This document shows positions 5,437-7,777 of a DNA stretch of 7,777 nt, one piece after another. A program made the position numbers and the translations under genes. Location of the stretch: positions 1 through 7,777 of the IMG/VR virus record IMGVR_UViG_2667527998_000003; one strand, written 5' to 3'. The notes below the pieces were generated by a model. The model did no database searches. It worked only from the letters and a program-made list of their open reading frames with translations, and was not told where the DNA came from. The DNA comes from a virus (taxonomy: Duplodnaviria; Heunggongvirae; Uroviricota; Caudoviricetes). Within the stretch, counting starts at the first letter, position 1. Each line of letters starts with the position of its first letter.

Positions 5437-6824
5437 AAGAAACGCTCCATCTTACTGCTGTCAGTTCGTTTATTACTGTATCTGCGCGGATTGCCGGGCT
5501 TCATGGGAGTGGAAAGCACCCGTGCACTTTCCTGGTCCACAGGCAGAAAATGTCCGTTATAAAAACGCCGGTAAATCGTTCCCAGAGAACCGTTACGTTG
5601 TTTCGTGATATTGATTTCTGCGATGCCCCTGGCCTGCGTATCCGGGTTGTACACTTCATCCCTGTAAAGCATCAGAATGATGTCTGCATCCGCCTCTATT
5701 TCTCCGGAATTTTTCAGGTCTGAGTTCATGGGACGTTTATTGGGTCTGGACTCCACACCGCGGGAGAGCTGGCTCAGCGCAATCAACGGAAAACCACCGG
5801 ATTTTGCCAGGCCTTTAAGCCCCTTTGAGATTTCACCCACGGCAAGGTCATGACGCCCCGTGGTTCGGGTTTTTATCAGCCCGAGATAATCAACCACCAC
5901 CAGCGCCGTTTCCGGATATTTAATCAGGTGGTGTTTCGTTGTTGCGCATATCTCATCAATGGCCAGGTTCGCCTGGTCCACCATCCAGATATTGCGCCCG
6001 GTCATCCGCCCCACCCCTTGTGAGAAACGCGTCCAGTCTTCATCTTCAAAGTGAGCCACAGATTTCAGGCGTGATACTGGCATCCCTCCAGCCGCAGACA
6101 CCATACGTTCACCAATCTGGATGTTCGCCATCTCCATGGTGAACAGAAGCACACCATGCCCCTGCTCAGTCACCTTGTCGATGATGTCCAGCGCAAGTTC
6201 GGTTTTCCCCATCGAAGGACGGGCGGCAATGAATACCAGGTCTCCGGGCTCCATACCGCCTGTTTTTGCGTCCAGTTCATCAATACCGGTCATCAACGTC
6301 CTGGATTTCTCCAGCCCCTGATTCCGGCATTCAACACGCTCAACCACTTCCGGAAGCACATCATCAATATGTACCGGCTGAATGACGCCCTTTCCTGTCG
6401 ACAGTGTGACCATCATGTTCTGCGCATCCTTCAGGGCATCTTCAGCTGCTTCACAGGTATGCGCATCACGTAATTTCTGCAGCGCCTCATTCAGTGTTTT
6501 TTCTGCATCGCGCAGTGCGGCATTGCGCCGCAACGCTGCAACATAGTGCTCCAGTGAAGACTTCACCCAGGTTTTACGCCCGGTATCAGTAATCACCGGG
6601 GCAAGTTCCGGCATCTCATTACACAACAGCACGGGGTCAATCACTCCTGAAACACGGGCCTGTCTGCAGATGCCTGTATAGATATCCTGATACGCTCGTA
6701 CAGAAAAAACGTCCGCTGGCAGTGTGGCCAGAATATCCATCACTTCAGGATCTGCTCCGCGCAGAAAGAACGCGCCGATGACAGCGCCTTCAAGGTCATC
6801 GTTACGCCATACTGGAGTTGTCAT
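5433..6824 (-). CDS. DnaB-family replicative DNA helicase (phage-encoded)
   Basis: 463 aa with Walker A AARPSMGKTELAL, Walker B LVVVDYLGLI and the conserved block ALSQLSRGVESRPNKRPMNSDLKNSGEIEADADIILMLYRDEVY, which parallels E. coli DnaB. The ATG overlaps the upstream gene stop (ATGA). Confidence 0.9.
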   Translation of the reverse strand: MTTPVWRNDDLEGAVIGAFFLRGADPEVMDILATLPADVFSVRAYQDIYTGICRQARVSGVIDPVLLCNEMPELAPVITDTGRKTWVKSSLEHYVAALRRNAALRDAEKTLNEALQKLRDAHTCEAAEDALKDAQNMMVTLSTGKGVIQPVHIDDVLPEVVERVECRNQGLEKSRTLMTGIDELDAKTGGMEPGDLVFIAARPSMGKTELALDIIDKVTEQGHGVLLFTMEMANIQIGERMVSAAGGMPVSRLKSVAHFEDEDWTRFSQGVGRMTGRNIWMVDQANLAIDEICATTKHHLIKYPETALVVVDYLGLIKTRTTGRHDLAVGEISKGLKGLAKSGGFPLIALSQLSRGVESRPNKRPMNSDLKNSGEIEADADIILMLYRDEVYNPDTQARGIAEINITKQRNGSLGTIYRRFYNGHFLPVDQESARVLSTPMKPGNPRRYSNKRTDSSKMERFF

Positions 6825-7699
6825 GCAGCCACACCTCTGATACGAGAACGGTAACTGGGCCAGTTAAACGACAACCAGTTGCGTCCCCCGTCTGTGATCC
6901 TGTCGGCAATTCGGGGACTGATGAACGCCCACAACTCTTCCGGTGAGAGGTTACTGATCAGAATGGTGGGCAAGATACTTTCGTACCTGGCGTTGATAAT
7001 TTCCTGCAAAATAGCCATTTCAGCCGCGCTGCCAAACTGAACGCCAACTTCGTCGATGATCAGCAAATCCATTGACGCATAACGCTCAATAACTTCATCC
7101 GCTGTTTTTTCGCTGTCATTCCGCCAGCAATTTTTCACAGCACGGGTAAGGCGCATCACGTCGGTGATCTCCACACTGGCCAGATAGTTACGGATGATGT
7201 GTTTTGCCATAGCCACAGCCAGATGATTTTTTCCGGTACCACAACTGCCGGTCATAACAAGACTGGTACCGTTCTCCAGCATATCTGGCCAGTTCTCCGC
7301 ATAGCGGCGACAGGCCGCAAGATTTCTGGCTGCGCCAGGATTAACCTCCAGATAATTATCAAACTCGCAGTCCCGAAAACGCAGGGCAATTCCGGCGTTA
7401 TCAGTCAGCTCTTCCGCCTTGATGGACGACAGCTCCATGGTCAAATCGTTGGCCTCAGCGATTAAGCAGTCAGGGCAGCATGAAATTTCTTCTCTGTCCT
7501 CGCCATTACGATCGCTCCACACCAGTATATGCGTGTGATATTCGCCATGTTTTTCGCAATATCCGCGACCTTCACGCATCAGGCAGGAACGATAAGGCCA
7601 TGGCTTTTCGCCCTTCTGAGCAAATGCAATCTCTGCCCGTAACTCATCCATTCGCGCCTGTAGTCTTTTTTGTTGTTCACGCAGGTTAAACGTCATCAT
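6821..7699 (-). CDS. DnaC-like helicase loader (AAA+ ATPase) with an N-terminal Cys/His-rich extension
   Basis: Walker A GSCGTGKNHLAVA (the GTGKNHLA signature of DnaC), Walker B DLLIIDEVG and C-terminal WLSFNWPSYRSRIRG (compare DnaC WVIFNWDSYRSRVTG). The N-terminal part has C-x3-H-x3-H-x-H and CC-x2-C. Start taken as ATG 7699..7697 with a GAGGTGA RBS; the frame also remains open upstream to the window edge. Confidence 0.85.
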   Translation of the reverse strand: MMTFNLREQQKRLQARMDELRAEIAFAQKGEKPWPYRSCLMREGRGYCEKHGEYHTHILVWSDRNGEDREEISCCPDCLIAEANDLTMELSSIKAEELTDNAGIALRFRDCEFDNYLEVNPGAARNLAACRRYAENWPDMLENGTSLVMTGSCGTGKNHLAVAMAKHIIRNYLASVEITDVMRLTRAVKNCWRNDSEKTADEVIERYASMDLLIIDEVGVQFGSAAEMAILQEIINARYESILPTILISNLSPEELWAFISPRIADRITDGGRNWLSFNWPSYRSRIRGVAA

Positions 7700-7777
7700 C
7701 GCTGTCACCTCAGAATGTCTGAAGTGGCACACTGAATTTGGCCACCTGAACAGAGGTGATATGCTCACCTCAGAACA

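Noticed and set aside
5421-7689. Plus-strand ORFs of 61-105 aa inside the helicase and loader genes
   Set aside because: All are antisense to long, motif-rich minus-strand genes and show no independent coding signal.

Overview
This window reads as the late-regulatory and lysis end of a lambdoid (Enterobacteriaceae-type) prophage, with every supported gene on the minus strand. In transcription order (high to low coordinate) it holds a DnaC-like helicase loader and DnaB-family helicase, an 85-aa unknown ORF, a deleted rusA remnant, ninH and a QuuD-type Q antiterminator with a terminator. After a 10-N run come a YbcO-like zinc-binding protein, intact RusA, a 229-aa putative second Q-like protein, a promoter plus terminator, and four tightly packed tRNA genes with their own promoter. 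These are followed by a ~207-bp structured non-coding unit present twice (bounded by 10-N runs) and the lysis cassette: a 5'-truncated S21-type pinholin, a 209-aa unknown ORF, a SAR endolysin and Rz/Rz1 spanins. Protein identifications come from reading the supplied translations against remembered family motifs, not from any database search; hand-derived coordinates for RNA and regulatory sites may be off by 1-2 nt. The three N-runs (1874-1883, 2153-2162, 4359-4368) fall exactly at module boundaries, so the window may be a scaffold of several contigs and the apparent gene order needs confirmation. The strongest candidates for something new are the 209-aa gene wedged between holin and endolysin, the duplicated structured non-coding unit, and an atypical tRNA-like gene.
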